64,000 nt of DNA from the NCBI GenBank assembly GCA_963727445.1, contig CAVSGI010000010.1:576001-640000 (forward strand). The letters run 5' to 3'. Both the position numbers and the translations under genes were made by a program. Source of the stretch: an uncultured delta proteobacterium (GTDB lineage Bacteria; Myxococcota_A; Polyangia; Polyangiales; B10-G4). Shown here in pieces: positions 19,357 to 31,387 of this stretch. Numbering within the stretch: the first letter of the stretch is position 1; each line of letters begins with the position of its first letter. Below the pieces are notes generated by a model that made no database searches, was not told the DNA's origin, and saw nothing but the letters and a program-made list of their open reading frames with translations.

Positions 19357-20274
19357 TCAGCACGCTGGCGCGATGACGCTACGCTCACCGGCGATATCGC
19401 CAGCCAGCTCCTTGATCGCCTCGGCCACGTAGTCGGTGCGGCTCGTCTCGGCCACCGGACACCGGCGCAGGATGGAAAGGCGCGAGGACGGCATCTCTGC
19501 GAAGGGGACGCGCCACAAGCCCGCGGCTTCGGCCACCAGGACCGGGAAGCAGCCGATGTAGGTGCCGCGCTTCACCGCCTCCACCGCGACGTTCATCTGG
19601 GTCACCTCGAGACCGACGGTGCGGGTCATTCCCATCGGGAAGGCATCGGGGCGACCGCCGCCGGGCAGATGCAACGGGGCGACGAAGGCATGCGCCAGCA
19701 CCTCCTCGGCGCTCGGCGCGTCGATCGCGGCGAGGGGATGGTCTGCCGAGCAGAAGATCGCGTGGCGCACCACGATGAGCGGCTCGACCAGGAGGCCGTC
19801 GGAGTCGACGTCGGCGTCGGTGACCGCGATGTCGAGCTGACCGCGACGCAGCATCGCGGAGAGCTCCTGGTCGCCGAAGCTCTGGATGGAGGGCACGAGA
19901 TCCGGGTGCTCTTCGCGGAGCTTGTCGAAGACGGGCAGAACGAAGATGGATGAAAACGGCCCGGGGACGGAGATGTAAATCGGGCCGGCGAACTGCTCCC
20001 CCGCTGCCGCCTGCACACCCTCGTGGACCAGGCGCATGGCGCGTCGAACGGCCTCGAGGAGGACCTGCCCGTCGGCGTTGAGGTGCAGGTTGCGCCCGAC
20101 CCTGTCGAAGAGCGGGTGGCCGATGTCTTCTTCGAGGAGCCGGATGCTCCGAGAGAGCGCCGAGGCGCTCGCGTTCATCGCCTTGCTCGCCGTGGGCAGG
20201 TGCTGCGTCTCCGCGACCGCACGGAAGTGCGGCAACCAGTTCCAGAGATTGGCAATGCGCTGCGATCGCTCCAT
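19357..20274 (-). CDS. LysR family transcriptional regulator
   Basis: WNWLPHFRAVAE...SALSRSIRLLEEDIGHPLFDRVGRNL HTH. Confidence 0.9.
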   Translation of the reverse strand: MERSQRIANLWNWLPHFRAVAETQHLPTASKAMNASASALSRSIRLLEEDIGHPLFDRVGRNLHLNADGQVLLEAVRRAMRLVHEGVQAAAGEQFAGPIYISVPGPFSSIFVLPVFDKLREEHPDLVPSIQSFGDQELSAMLRRGQLDIAVTDADVDSDGLLVEPLIVVRHAIFCSADHPLAAIDAPSAEEVLAHAFVAPLHLPGGGRPDAFPMGMTRTVGLEVTQMNVAVEAVKRGTYIGCFPVLVAEAAGLWRVPFAEMPSSRLSILRRCPVAETSRTDYVAEAIKELAGDIAGERSVIAPAC

Positions 20275-20369
20275 CGCGAGGCACCCTGTAGCAGGTTGCG
20301 GCGGAAGTAGTAGTAGGCGAGGCATCGGGGATGCCCGGCTCGTCGTCCCGAGGTACGGTTCGCGGGCTC

Positions 20370-22583
20370 ATGCGCCTCTTCGCTCTCGTCTTGTCCTGTC
20401 TCGCTCTGCTCGGTTGTGGCGACGACGGCCCCACCGACGCTGGCCCTCTCGATGCCGGCGCCGACGCCGACACTGGCGCCGCCGACACGGGGCGCGTCTA
20501 CGTTCCCGAGCCTTTCGACCCCACCGACGAGACCATCGCCTACTGCCGAGAGGATGACGCCGCGGTCGAGGCGCGGATCACCCAGCTCCTCGCCGAGCTC
20601 GGCGTCGACGACAAGGTGCGGCTGCTCCACGGCACCACGCTCTTGCCGGACAACGGGCTCTGGAACGTGGAGGGCAAGGAGGCGCTGGGCATCCCGGGAC
20701 TGCACATGCTCGACGGACCGCGAGGGCTCAGCGCCTTTTCGGAGAAGATGGGCACGGCGTTTCCGGTCGCCATGCTGCGCGGCGCGACCTGGGACCCGGA
20801 GCTCGAGCGACGGGTGGGGGCGGCCATGGCGCGGGAGCTCCGCTCGGCGGGCGCCGACGTTCTACTGGCGCCGACCGTGAACATCCTGCGCCATCCCCGG
20901 TGGGGACGATCGCAAGAGACCTACTCCGAAGACGTGCATCACCTGGGCGCGATGGCGGTGCCCTTCATCGAAGGCGTGCAGGACGAAGGGGTGCTCGCGA
21001 GCGTGAAGCACTTCGCCGCCAACAGCATCGAGAATACGCGGAACGACGTGAACGTCGTCATGGACGAGCGCACGCTGCGCGAGATCTACCTCCCGCACTT
21101 CCGCCGCGCCGTTCGGGAAGCGCACGTCGCATCGGTGATGAGCGCCTACAACCAGGTGAACGGTTTCTACTGCGATCAGCAGACGCATCTGCTCTCGGAC
21201 ATCCTGAAGGGCGAGTGGGGATTCGCTGGTTTCGTGGAGTCCGACTGGCTCCTCGGCACCCACGGCTCGGCGGACTCCATTCTCTCGGGCCTCGACGTGG
21301 AGATGCCCTACGCGCTCCACTTCGGGCAACTCCCCGCCGACATCGACGCCGGCGCCATGAGCGAGGCCGATCTCGACGGCGCGGTGCGCCGGGTGCTGCG
21401 CGCGGAGCTCTGCTTCGGGCTCGACGCCCGGGAGCGTGTGATCGACGACCCATCCGCGCGGGAGACACCCGAGCATCTCGCGCTCGCCCGCGAGGTGGCC
21501 GTGCGGGGGATCGTGCTCTTGAAGAACGAGGCCGCCGAGGGAGCGCCCGCCGGAGCAGCCCCGGTGCTGCCCATCGATTGGGCGACGACCGGGAACGTGG
21601 TCCTGATGGGGCGCGTCGCCGACGTCGAGAACATCGGCGACACCGGCTCGAGCAGCGTGACCCCGACGAGCGTGACGACGCTCCTCGAAGGTCTGAACGC
21701 GGCCGCAGAGGGCGTGACCATCACGGCCCTGCCGGGCTCGTCGCTGGACGCCGCAGCCGAGGCGACGATCGGCGCGGCCGACGTGGTCGTGATCGCCACC
21801 GGGCTCGTCGCCGAGGACGAAGGCGAAGCGAACGTGGGCGCGGGCGATCGCACGTCGCTCGCGATCCCCGCGGAAGAGTCGGCGTTGATCACGGCGGTGA
21901 GCGCCATTCACCCGGCGGTGGTGGTGGTGCTCGAAGGGGGCTCGGCGCTCTTGGTTCGCGATTTCGTGGACGACGTCGAAGGGCTCCTCTGGGCGGGCTA
22001 CCCCGGCCAGCAGGGCGGCGACGCGCTCGCCGCGATCCTCTTCGGCGACGAGGCTCCCTCGGGCCGGCTTCCTTTCAGCATCCCGCGCGCGGAAGCGGAC
22101 CTGCCGCCTTTCGACAACGTGTCGACCGAGGTCAGCTACGGCTACTTCCACGGCTATCGGTACCTCGCCCACGAAGGCGTGGCGGCGGAGTTCCCCTTCG
22201 GCTTCGGGCTCGGATACACGGACTTCGCGTTGTCGGATCTGTCGCTCGCCGCCGACGTGGTGGCCGCCGACGGGACGGTCGAGCTGACGGTGCGGGTGTC
22301 GAACGTGGGAGCGGCCCGGGGGCGCGAAACGGTACAGGTCTACGTCGCCGCGATCGGCTCGGCCGTCGAGCGGGCGCCGGAGGACTTGCGGGCGTTCGCG
22401 CAGGTGGAGCTGGCCGCGGGCGCGGACGAAGTGGTGACGCTGTCGTTTCCCGTCAGGGACGTGGCGTACTGGGACGTCGACGCGGATGCGTTCGTGGTCG
22501 AGCCGATCGAATACGAAGTGCGGGTCGGGGAGCGAAGCGGAGACCCCGCCGCGCTGACGGCTCGCTTCAGCGTGACGCCTTAG
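20370..22583 (+). CDS. Glycoside hydrolase family 3 beta-glucosidase (lipoprotein)
   Basis: DGPRG, RWGRSQETYSED, VKHFAAN, VESDW nucleophile, FPFGFGLGYT, Fn3-like C-terminus. Confidence 0.95.
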   Translation: MRLFALVLSCLALLGCGDDGPTDAGPLDAGADADTGAADTGRVYVPEPFDPTDETIAYCREDDAAVEARITQLLAELGVDDKVRLLHGTTLLPDNGLWNVEGKEALGIPGLHMLDGPRGLSAFSEKMGTAFPVAMLRGATWDPELERRVGAAMARELRSAGADVLLAPTVNILRHPRWGRSQETYSEDVHHLGAMAVPFIEGVQDEGVLASVKHFAANSIENTRNDVNVVMDERTLREIYLPHFRRAVREAHVASVMSAYNQVNGFYCDQQTHLLSDILKGEWGFAGFVESDWLLGTHGSADSILSGLDVEMPYALHFGQLPADIDAGAMSEADLDGAVRRVLRAELCFGLDARERVIDDPSARETPEHLALAREVAVRGIVLLKNEAAEGAPAGAAPVLPIDWATTGNVVLMGRVADVENIGDTGSSSVTPTSVTTLLEGLNAAAEGVTITALPGSSLDAAAEATIGAADVVVIATGLVAEDEGEANVGAGDRTSLAIPAEESALITAVSAIHPAVVVVLEGGSALLVRDFVDDVEGLLWAGYPGQQGGDALAAILFGDEAPSGRLPFSIPRAEADLPPFDNVSTEVSYGYFHGYRYLAHEGVAAEFPFGFGLGYTDFALSDLSLAADVVAADGTVELTVRVSNVGAARGRETVQVYVAAIGSAVERAPEDLRAFAQVELAAGADEVVTLSFPVRDVAYWDVDADAFVVEPIEYEVRVGERSGDPAALTARFSVTP

Positions 22584-23116
22584 GCGTCTCCGTCCGTATG
22601 GGTCGCGGCCCAGTACGAGATCAGCTCCATGTCGTCGATGATCCGCGAGTGGTAGTGGCCCCACACGTCGCTGATCATGACCATGGCGCCCTCGTCCATG
22701 CGCGGGGTGAGCCACAGCGCGTAGTAGCTGGCGCCGCTTCCGTCCTCGACTTCGCCGACCTTGGGCAGCGGCTCCTCGCTCACGGGGCAGAAGAGCTCGC
22801 AGTGGGTGCCGGGGGCGATGTTGGTGAAGCCCTTCTTCCGCGGGTCGCCGTGGATCGGGCTCAGATGCACCAGGCCCTCGCGGCCGTCCGCTTTGACCTT
22901 CAGGGTCACCGCCGGGTAACCGTCGAAGTCCACGTCCGAGACGCCGACCAGGTTGTCGCCCTTCGGGCCGAAGGCCTGAGTGACGACGATGATCGTCTCG
23001 TCCTTCGGTCCCTTGAGTACCTCGATGTTCGACTGGCGGCCCTCGTGCTTGCCGGTGACCGTCAGGTTGTCGGAATCGATGTTCTCCAGGCTCTTACGAT
23101 CGTCCTCGTCCGCCAT
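22580..23116 (-). CDS. Hypothetical protein
   Basis: Good codon usage, LSPIHGD...CELFCP motif; 3' part of ORF 22580..23242. Confidence 0.6.
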   Translation of the reverse strand: MADEDDRKSLENIDSDNLTVTGKHEGRQSNIEVLKGPKDETIIVVTQAFGPKGDNLVGVSDVDFDGYPAVTLKVKADGREGLVHLSPIHGDPRKKGFTNIAPGTHCELFCPVSEEPLPKVGEVEDGSGASYYALWLTPRMDEGAMVMISDVWGHYHSRIIDDMELISYWAATHTDGDA

Positions 23117-23236
23117 CGGCCTGCATCGTGCCCCACCCTGGGCCGATGTCCAAGAGCTGCACACCAAGGAAGCACGGAAGGGCCTTTTCAGGTCGCCGGA
23201 TGACCCCATCTTCCGGGACGGCTCGGGTCTCGTTGA

Positions 23237-24804
<1,568 letters not shown>

Positions 24805-24805
<1 letters not shown>

Positions 24806-25224
24806 TGGCCGACGACCTCGCCCTCGAGGTCGCCACGCCCACCGGGGTGGCCTACGAGCTGATGTGCGAATGGGTCACCGCACCTTCGGTGCGTGGCGAG
24901 TTCGGCGTCCTCTCGGGCCACCTCCCCCTCCTCGCTGCCCTCAAGTGCGGCGTGCTCAAGGCGAGGACCGGGGGCAAAGAGCGCTCGGTCGCCATCGGCC
25001 CAGGCTTCGTCAGCGCCTCGCCCACCAAAGTCGAGATCCTCTCGGACCTCTTCGCCCGCCCCGAAGACATCGACGTCGAGGTCGTGAAGAAGGAGCTCGC
25101 AGACGCCGAAGAAGCGCTCAAGGCGAGCGCCAGCGCTCCGGACTCTCCCGAGTACCACGAGCTCCAGCGCGACGTGGAGTGGGCGATCGCCCGTCTCGAC
25201 GCGGTCGCGGAGTCCGAGAAGTAG
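24805..25224 (+). CDS. atpC: F0F1 ATP synthase subunit epsilon
   Basis: LEVATP...GEFGVLSGHLP; overlaps atpD stop. Confidence 0.95.
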
Positions 25225-25338
25225 CCGGCGTCCCGACGCAATCGACCTCCGCTCCGTCTGCACCGGCGTGCTTACGTAGAAGGCTCGACACCGCCCCGGG
25301 ATGTTTCTTCCCCCGGATGGAGGCGCTAGCCTCGCTTC

Positions 25339-25734
25339 GTGAGCGCCATCGCTTCAGCATCGAGCCTTTCGGGAACCGTACGCTGGTTGACCGAGGACAT
25401 GCTCCTGGTGCGCTTCGAGGGACACGTCACGGGCTCACAGGTGTCCTCCCTGGCGGAGCGTGTCCGTCAGGTCGTGGATGATCGGCACCCACATCGCTGT
25501 TTGATCGACACCACGACGGTCAGCGGTTTCTCGCCGGATGTACGGTCCCCGGGGCGCGACTTCCTGAATCTCCTGCGCGAGCTCGGCGTGAAGCACACCG
25601 TCGCCGCGGTCCCCAACCCCATGGTGCGAATGATGGGATCGGCGATCGCCCTCGGGGTGGGCTTCCCCTTGAAACTGGTCAATTCGGTCGCCGAAGCGAC
25701 GCGCATCCTCGAGCGCCTGGCCGAGGACACGTGA
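25339..25734 (+). CDS. STAS/SEC14 (SpoIIAA-like) domain protein
   Basis: LLVRFEGHV...LIDTT..SGFSPDVR...NPMVRMM...VNSVAEA pattern. Confidence 0.6.
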   Translation: MSAIASASSLSGTVRWLTEDMLLVRFEGHVTGSQVSSLAERVRQVVDDRHPHRCLIDTTTVSGFSPDVRSPGRDFLNLLRELGVKHTVAAVPNPMVRMMGSAIALGVGFPLKLVNSVAEATRILERLAEDT

Positions 25735-25749
25735 GCCCGCGGTCTGCGC

Positions 25750-28700
25750 CTACTCGCAGCGCGTGCGGCTGTGGCACATGAGGCAGCTCGTGCGCGGCGT
25801 CATCACGCGGCAGTTGTGCACGAAGCGCCAGTTCGAGCTGTAAGTGCTGCCCGTCGTGCCGGTGGAGACTCCCGAAGGGGCGGTGTGGCACTCGTGACAG
25901 TCCAACGGGTAGAAGTGATTGGGCTGGGTTTCGGTGCTGGAGTCGCCGTGGAAGCTCGCCCGAACCGACGACAAGGTGTAGGGCCGAGTGTCGCCAGCGC
26001 CGCCCGAGGTGGAGGTCGCGCCGTTCCACACCGGGCTCACCAGGTCGCTCCCGGCCTCGTGGCAGGAAGAGCAGTTGGTGTTGATGAGGGTGGAGGCATG
26101 GTCGTAACCGATCGCCATCCGCCCGCCGCCGCTCGAGCCGTGGCAGGTCTCGCAGGAGGTGGTGCCGCCCGGATGCGGTAGGCCCACGATGCCGAGCTGC
26201 GTGGTGGGGCTCGGTGCGGGTGGCGTGGGGATGGAGAAGCCGCCCACGGAGATGGTCGCGGGCGCGCCGCCCATGGCGCCGAGCCAGTTCGGCGAGGTCG
26301 TCGTGCCGCTGCCGGGGAAGGAGTGGCAGGAGCTGCAGTCCGTCGTCCCGATGGTGGTGTGGTCGAAGCCGCTGAAGGCGGCGGTCGGCGTCTCGTTCGC
26401 GTGACAATGGCTACAGCGCCCCGTCGTGGTGTTGATCACCAGCGGCGAAGACGTCGTGAAGCGCGCGTGGAAGGTCGCCTCGGCCCACTCCCGGCCGGAG
26501 CCGGGGCCGACCTGGGTGTGGCAGAAGTTGCAATCGTGGTTCGTGACGTTGATGTCCGAGTGATCGATGCGGGCGTGCTGACCGGAGACGCCGGTCGAAG
26601 AGGAAGCCGTGGTCACCACCGACGTGGTCGTGGCCCCAGTCGGCATGTTGTTGCCCGTGCCGGGCATCGACCCGTTGCCGTTGGTCAGGCCGTGACAGCC
26701 CTGGCAGCTCGTCACCGACGAGACCGCTGCGTGGAACGCAGTGGTGTCGCTCCATCCGGTCGGCGAGGTTCGGGCGTCGGACGCGTGGCACGCCGCGCAA
26801 TCGCGCCCGGTCACGTAGGTCGAACGATGCGTCATGTACTGACCACCGTTGGTGGCGGTTCCGCCCTCGGCGAGGCTGTAGGAGACGCCGCTCTGCGTCG
26901 TCCCCGATGGCTCGGAGATCGCGTGGCAGTCGACGCACACGGTGGGCTGCGACGACAGGCTCGGATGGTACGCGCCGTCGTCCCACGAGGCCCAGGCCGG
27001 CATGCTCACCGCGCGCCCCAGCGCCGTGGTGTGACAGGTCCCGCAGTTCTGGAAGGTGATCTGGGGCGAGCGATGCTTCATCGCGAAGACGTCGCCCGAG
27101 GTGACGTCGGCGCGCGCCGGGTCCGCCATCGCCGGGTAGTGACAGGTGGTGCAGTCGTCGGGCTGAGCGGAGCCGATGTTGACGTGGAACACGCCGTCAT
27201 CCCAGCTCATCCCGGGCTGGGCGTGGCAGGTGGAGCAGTCGAGGTCGGCGACGGTGTTCGCCGCCACTCCGTCGATGGTCACCGTCGACGTGAAGGCGGC
27301 CGCGTGATCCATCGGGCGGAGGTCCGACCCGGCCCGCTCGACGATCCCCACCGGCCGCATCTGCCAATGGCAATCGTTGCACTTCGCCGGCTGGCTTATC
27401 GCCATCGTCGCCCCACCCGGAGTAGCGGAATAGGCGTTGAGCGCAGTATGGAACTCGCCGTCCACGTAGGAGGTGACCGTCGTCCCGGTGCTCGTGTGGC
27501 AGTGCCAGCACGAGTCGCTGTCGGGCATGGTGGTCGACGTTCCCGGGCTGATCTCGCTCGGCACCACGGACGAGGTGTGGAGCATGCCGTTGTAATAGGC
27601 GGTCCGGGCGGTGGTCATGCTGGTGACCAGCCCGGAGCTGCTCGAGCGGTGCAGGGTGATCTCGTCGACCGTGATGTGAACGCTGGTCGAGCTGACGAAG
27701 GCGCCTGGATACTCGGTGCCGTCTTTCCAGTCGCCGCCGGGGAGCGCCCCCGACGCGTTGAAGTAGCTGCTGTAGGTTCGGGCCATCACCGAGGCCTGGT
27801 GACAGCCGAAGCAGTCGCCGGTGCCGTTGACCGAGTGATCGAAGTTGTTGGGGAGGACCGCCGCCGCTTCGGCTACGCCGAGCACGAGATCGGGACGCTG
27901 GCTGGCGTGGCAGGAGACGCAGCGCGTCCCGGCGATCCCGGCGGGGTCGTGGTCGAAACGGCCGCCAACCCAGGTCTCGGTGCCGCCCGTGCCGTCGCCG
28001 GTGTGACAGCCGATGCAGTCCTGACCGGCGCCGTGGGTGATGCCGTAGCTGTTCGTTCCGTAGTCGAAGGGAGCGGTGGTGTAGGTGGTGCTCTCCCATC
28101 CGTCGTCGCTGGTGGGTCGCTCACCGTCGTGGCAGGTGATGCAGGAGTCCGGCGCCACATCCCCCGGCTGATGGTAGAGCCCGCCGCCCCAGCTGGTCGT
28201 GCTGGTGTGGCAGGAGACGCAGTCGCTCATCCCCTCGCCGGCGGCGTGATCGAACTCGAGCCCGTCGGGGAGCATCGAGTCGGCGGAGCTGATGATGTGG
28301 TCGGGCCGGGAGTTGGCGTGACAGTCGACGCACGAGGTCAGCGGGGCCGCGCCCGACGCTTCGAGGGCGGCGTGGTACTTCACCGGCGATGCGCCGTCGA
28401 CACCGGTGGCCCAGGTCGCGTCGGGCGTGTCGCTCCCGGGAGCGGCGTGGCAGGTCCCGCACTCCTGGGTGACCATCGCTTGCGTCGTCGGTGCGTCGTC
28501 CGCCCAGAGCACCGCATCGTGCTTCATCGCACCCGTTGCTGGGACGCGCCCCTCGTCGAGCGGCCCGACGAAACCGACCGGCAGCGAGGCGGGCGTGTGG
28601 CATTCGCTGCACGTGGCCGGCTGAGGGAGGTCGAGGTCGACGAGGGAGATGTGAAAGCGCCCCGGGAAGATCGATCCCGTGGCGGAGTGACAGTTGGAGC

Positions 28701-29181
28701 AGGACTCCATCGCGCGCGGATCGATGCTCTCCGCCGCGTGCACCATCGGCATGGTGAGGAGCTCGCTCTGAGGCGTCACCGCGGAGATCGTCGTCGCCGA
28801 ATAGCGCGGGATCAGCGCGTCGATGGTGATGTCGTGGGCGGGATCGCTCTCGTCCCCCGCGCCGCCGCCGAGCGCTGGCACCCAGGCCGCGACCGAATGA
28901 CAGTCGGCGCAGGTGGTCGGGTACAGACCTTCGTGGCGCGGGTTGTCGGTGGCGTCGTAGTCCGCCTGGTGACAGACGACGCAATCCTGCTGGGTCACCC
29001 CGACCACATCGGGGTGCCCCTCCTGACATCCGGCGGCGATCCACGCGACGAAGCCGAGGGCCAGCCAGGAAAGGAGACGCGTCCGATCAGTACCACCCGC
29101 GTACACCGCGACGAAGGCGCACGGACCCCTCGGGAGACACTGCCCGGGTTTTGCGAATGATCTCTGCCAGCGGTGATGCAT
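25750..29181 (-). CDS. Large multiheme c-type cytochrome lipoprotein (26 CxxCH)
   Basis: 26 CxxCH motifs counted in the 1143-aa ORF; hydrophobic segment with lipobox WIAAGC; true start may be downstream of 29181. Confidence 0.9.
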   Translation of the reverse strand: MHHRWQRSFAKPGQCLPRGPCAFVAVYAGGTDRTRLLSWLALGFVAWIAAGCQEGHPDVVGVTQQDCVVCHQADYDATDNPRHEGLYPTTCADCHSVAAWVPALGGGAGDESDPAHDITIDALIPRYSATTISAVTPQSELLTMPMVHAAESIDPRAMESCSNCHSATGSIFPGRFHISLVDLDLPQPATCSECHTPASLPVGFVGPLDEGRVPATGAMKHDAVLWADDAPTTQAMVTQECGTCHAAPGSDTPDATWATGVDGASPVKYHAALEASGAAPLTSCVDCHANSRPDHIISSADSMLPDGLEFDHAAGEGMSDCVSCHTSTTSWGGGLYHQPGDVAPDSCITCHDGERPTSDDGWESTTYTTAPFDYGTNSYGITHGAGQDCIGCHTGDGTGGTETWVGGRFDHDPAGIAGTRCVSCHASQRPDLVLGVAEAAAVLPNNFDHSVNGTGDCFGCHQASVMARTYSSYFNASGALPGGDWKDGTEYPGAFVSSTSVHITVDEITLHRSSSSGLVTSMTTARTAYYNGMLHTSSVVPSEISPGTSTTMPDSDSCWHCHTSTGTTVTSYVDGEFHTALNAYSATPGGATMAISQPAKCNDCHWQMRPVGIVERAGSDLRPMDHAAAFTSTVTIDGVAANTVADLDCSTCHAQPGMSWDDGVFHVNIGSAQPDDCTTCHYPAMADPARADVTSGDVFAMKHRSPQITFQNCGTCHTTALGRAVSMPAWASWDDGAYHPSLSSQPTVCVDCHAISEPSGTTQSGVSYSLAEGGTATNGGQYMTHRSTYVTGRDCAACHASDARTSPTGWSDTTAFHAAVSSVTSCQGCHGLTNGNGSMPGTGNNMPTGATTTSVVTTASSSTGVSGQHARIDHSDINVTNHDCNFCHTQVGPGSGREWAEATFHARFTTSSPLVINTTTGRCSHCHANETPTAAFSGFDHTTIGTTDCSSCHSFPGSGTTTSPNWLGAMGGAPATISVGGFSIPTPPAPSPTTQLGIVGLPHPGGTTSCETCHGSSGGGRMAIGYDHASTLINTNCSSCHEAGSDLVSPVWNGATSTSGGAGDTRPYTLSSVRASFHGDSSTETQPNHFYPLDCHECHTAPSGVSTGTTGSTYSSNWRFVHNCRVMTPRTSCLMCHSRTRCE

Positions 29182-29282
29182 CGAGGTGGGCGAAGAAGAC
29201 CCCTCGGGAGATGATGCGAAAATCGCACCTGGGAGCGCACGCCAATTGTGCTCCGACCCTCGCCCCTCGAAATCGCCGCCCC

Positions 29283-31382
29283 TCAGCGCACGCCGCTTTC
29301 GAGCGTCTCCAGGGCCGCCAGATCCGCCTGGGCGTCGGCCTTTTCCACTCCCTCCGGCAGGAGCAAGACCGCCCTACCCGCCGCCACCCGAATGTGGGCG
29401 GCGTCGATGGCGCCATGGGCGATCCCCAGCATGTGCATGTGTTCGAGCGTGCGTTTGACCTGCACGAGCGCCTTGGCGCGTCGCTCGGGAGTGAGCTCCG
29501 GATCATCGAAAGGTCGCCCGCGCGGTTCCTCGACGATGGCGCGCCCCTCGTCGCGGTCGACGTCGAAGACGGCTTGGAGATGGGGAAAGTCGGCGCGGCC
29601 CAGCGCGGTGAGCCGATCCGCGCGTGCCTCGTCGCACGGAACGAAGCGCACCACGCGATCGAGGAGCGAGTCGCGCACGCGCGCCCCACCATCGGGAAGG
29701 GGATCGAGCACCACCCAGCGCTCGTCCGCGGGCGGCGGGGTACTCTCCGTCGGGCGACGCTCCACCTCCGACGCGGCCTCCGGCCCCTTCGCGATCTCGA
29801 GCGCGCTCCGGTCGGGCTCCTCCCAGGACAGCGAGGCGATCGCCGACTTCACGGCGGCCGCGGTCCGCGGGCGCGACTCCTTCTCCTTGGCGAGGAGCCG
29901 CGCGACGAGGGCGTCGTAGGCCGTCCCGAGCTCCGGGGCCACTTCGCTCGGCGCGGGCGGCGTCGTGTTCAGGTGCTGGGTGACGAAGTCGGGGCCAGGA
30001 AACGGCAGGGTGCCGGTCAGCATGCGGTGCAGGATCACCCCCAGCGCATAGAGGTCCGTGGAGGCGTCCGGGCGCGCCGAGCCGGTGATCTGCTCCGGCG
30101 ACATGTAAGCGAGGGTTCCGAGGAGCGCACCGGTCAGGGTCGAGCCGAGGTCGGTGAGGTGCGCCACGCCGAAGTCGCCGATCTTCACGTCGCCCGCCGC
30201 GCTGAAGAAGACGTTGGCCGGTTTCAGATCGCGGTGAACGACGCCACGTCGATGAACCGCCTCGAGACCGGAGAGGATCGAGGTGACGACGTAGCGGATC
30301 GCGGGCAGGTCGAGGACACGTTTCTCGGCGCCCGCGAGGCGCTCCTCGAGGGTCCCGCCAGCCATGTGTTCCATGACCAGGAAGGGGCCCTCCGGGTTGA
30401 ACTCGTAGACCTGGACGACGTTCGGATGATCGAGCCCCGCCGCCACCCTCGCCTCCCGCGCGAAACGGGCGTAGGCATCGCGGCCCGCCGCACCGCCGCC
30501 CACGGTGAGCACCTTCACCGCGACCTCGCGATCGTAGAAGCCGTCGTGCGCCAGAAGGACGCGGCCCGTTGCGCCGGCGCCGAGGGTGCGGATGATGCGG
30601 TAGCGTCCCGCGAGGAGCCGCTCCTCACCGCCGCCCTTCTTGAGACCGGCGATGCCGCGTTCGTCCCCGAATTGCTCGAGGAGATACTGGGGCACCGTGA
30701 CCGGCAACGTCGGGTCGTGCTTGCGGAGCGCGTCCAGCCGGCTGCCCGCTGCGTCGTCGAGACCCAGCGCCGCGAAGCAGGCGACCAGGAGTCGGTTCGC
30801 CGCCCCGCAGAGCGCGTCGTCCTCGGCCGCCGTCTGGAGCGCCCGCACCGCGTGCTCGAAGCGTCCGAAGTGCGCCAGAATGCGTCCGAGGCGGAGCGCC
30901 GCCTCCGTGTCGTGCGGCGCCTCGCGCACGCGGCGCTCGTAGAGAAGCCCCGCATCCCGGTAGCTCCCGTTCGCTTCGTGACATCGGGCAGCTTCGAAGA
31001 GATCGCCCGCCTGCTCGTAGAGCGCGGCGGCCGCGGAGATGTCGGCGGCCGACTCCATGAGACGCGCTGCATCGGCGAGGCGTCCTTTGTTCCGTGCGTG
31101 CTCGGCGGCGAGTCGCGCCTGCTCGGGGCGGTCGGCGAGCGCGCTCAGGAGCTCTTCGATCTGCCCGCGCTCCTCGCCGGCGAGGGCGTAGCGATAGGCG
31201 ATGTCGAGGCGACCGGCGCGGGTGGCGACGTCGATCGCGCCACGATAATCCCAGCTCTCGGCCAGTAGCTCGGCTGCACGCTCGAGCTCGCCGTGGTTCA
31301 CGCAGAGATCGGCCGCCTCTCGATAGTTGCCCGCACGCCGGAGCTCCGCGAGCTTCTGCTCGGCCTCCTCGTCGAGAGCCAT
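29283..31382 (-). CDS. TPR-containing Ser/Thr protein kinase
   Basis: N-terminal Ala-rich TPR-like helices; GAGATG, VAVK, HRDLKPAN, DFG, YMSPEQ; degenerate second kinase-like segment at the C-terminus. Confidence 0.9.
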   Translation of the reverse strand: MALDEEAEQKLAELRRAGNYREAADLCVNHGELERAAELLAESWDYRGAIDVATRAGRLDIAYRYALAGEERGQIEELLSALADRPEQARLAAEHARNKGRLADAARLMESAADISAAAALYEQAGDLFEAARCHEANGSYRDAGLLYERRVREAPHDTEAALRLGRILAHFGRFEHAVRALQTAAEDDALCGAANRLLVACFAALGLDDAAGSRLDALRKHDPTLPVTVPQYLLEQFGDERGIAGLKKGGGEERLLAGRYRIIRTLGAGATGRVLLAHDGFYDREVAVKVLTVGGGAAGRDAYARFAREARVAAGLDHPNVVQVYEFNPEGPFLVMEHMAGGTLEERLAGAEKRVLDLPAIRYVVTSILSGLEAVHRRGVVHRDLKPANVFFSAAGDVKIGDFGVAHLTDLGSTLTGALLGTLAYMSPEQITGSARPDASTDLYALGVILHRMLTGTLPFPGPDFVTQHLNTTPPAPSEVAPELGTAYDALVARLLAKEKESRPRTAAAVKSAIASLSWEEPDRSALEIAKGPEAASEVERRPTESTPPPADERWVVLDPLPDGGARVRDSLLDRVVRFVPCDEARADRLTALGRADFPHLQAVFDVDRDEGRAIVEEPRGRPFDDPELTPERRAKALVQVKRTLEHMHMLGIAHGAIDAAHIRVAAGRAVLLLPEGVEKADAQADLAALETLESGVR

Positions 31383-31387
31383 CGGCG

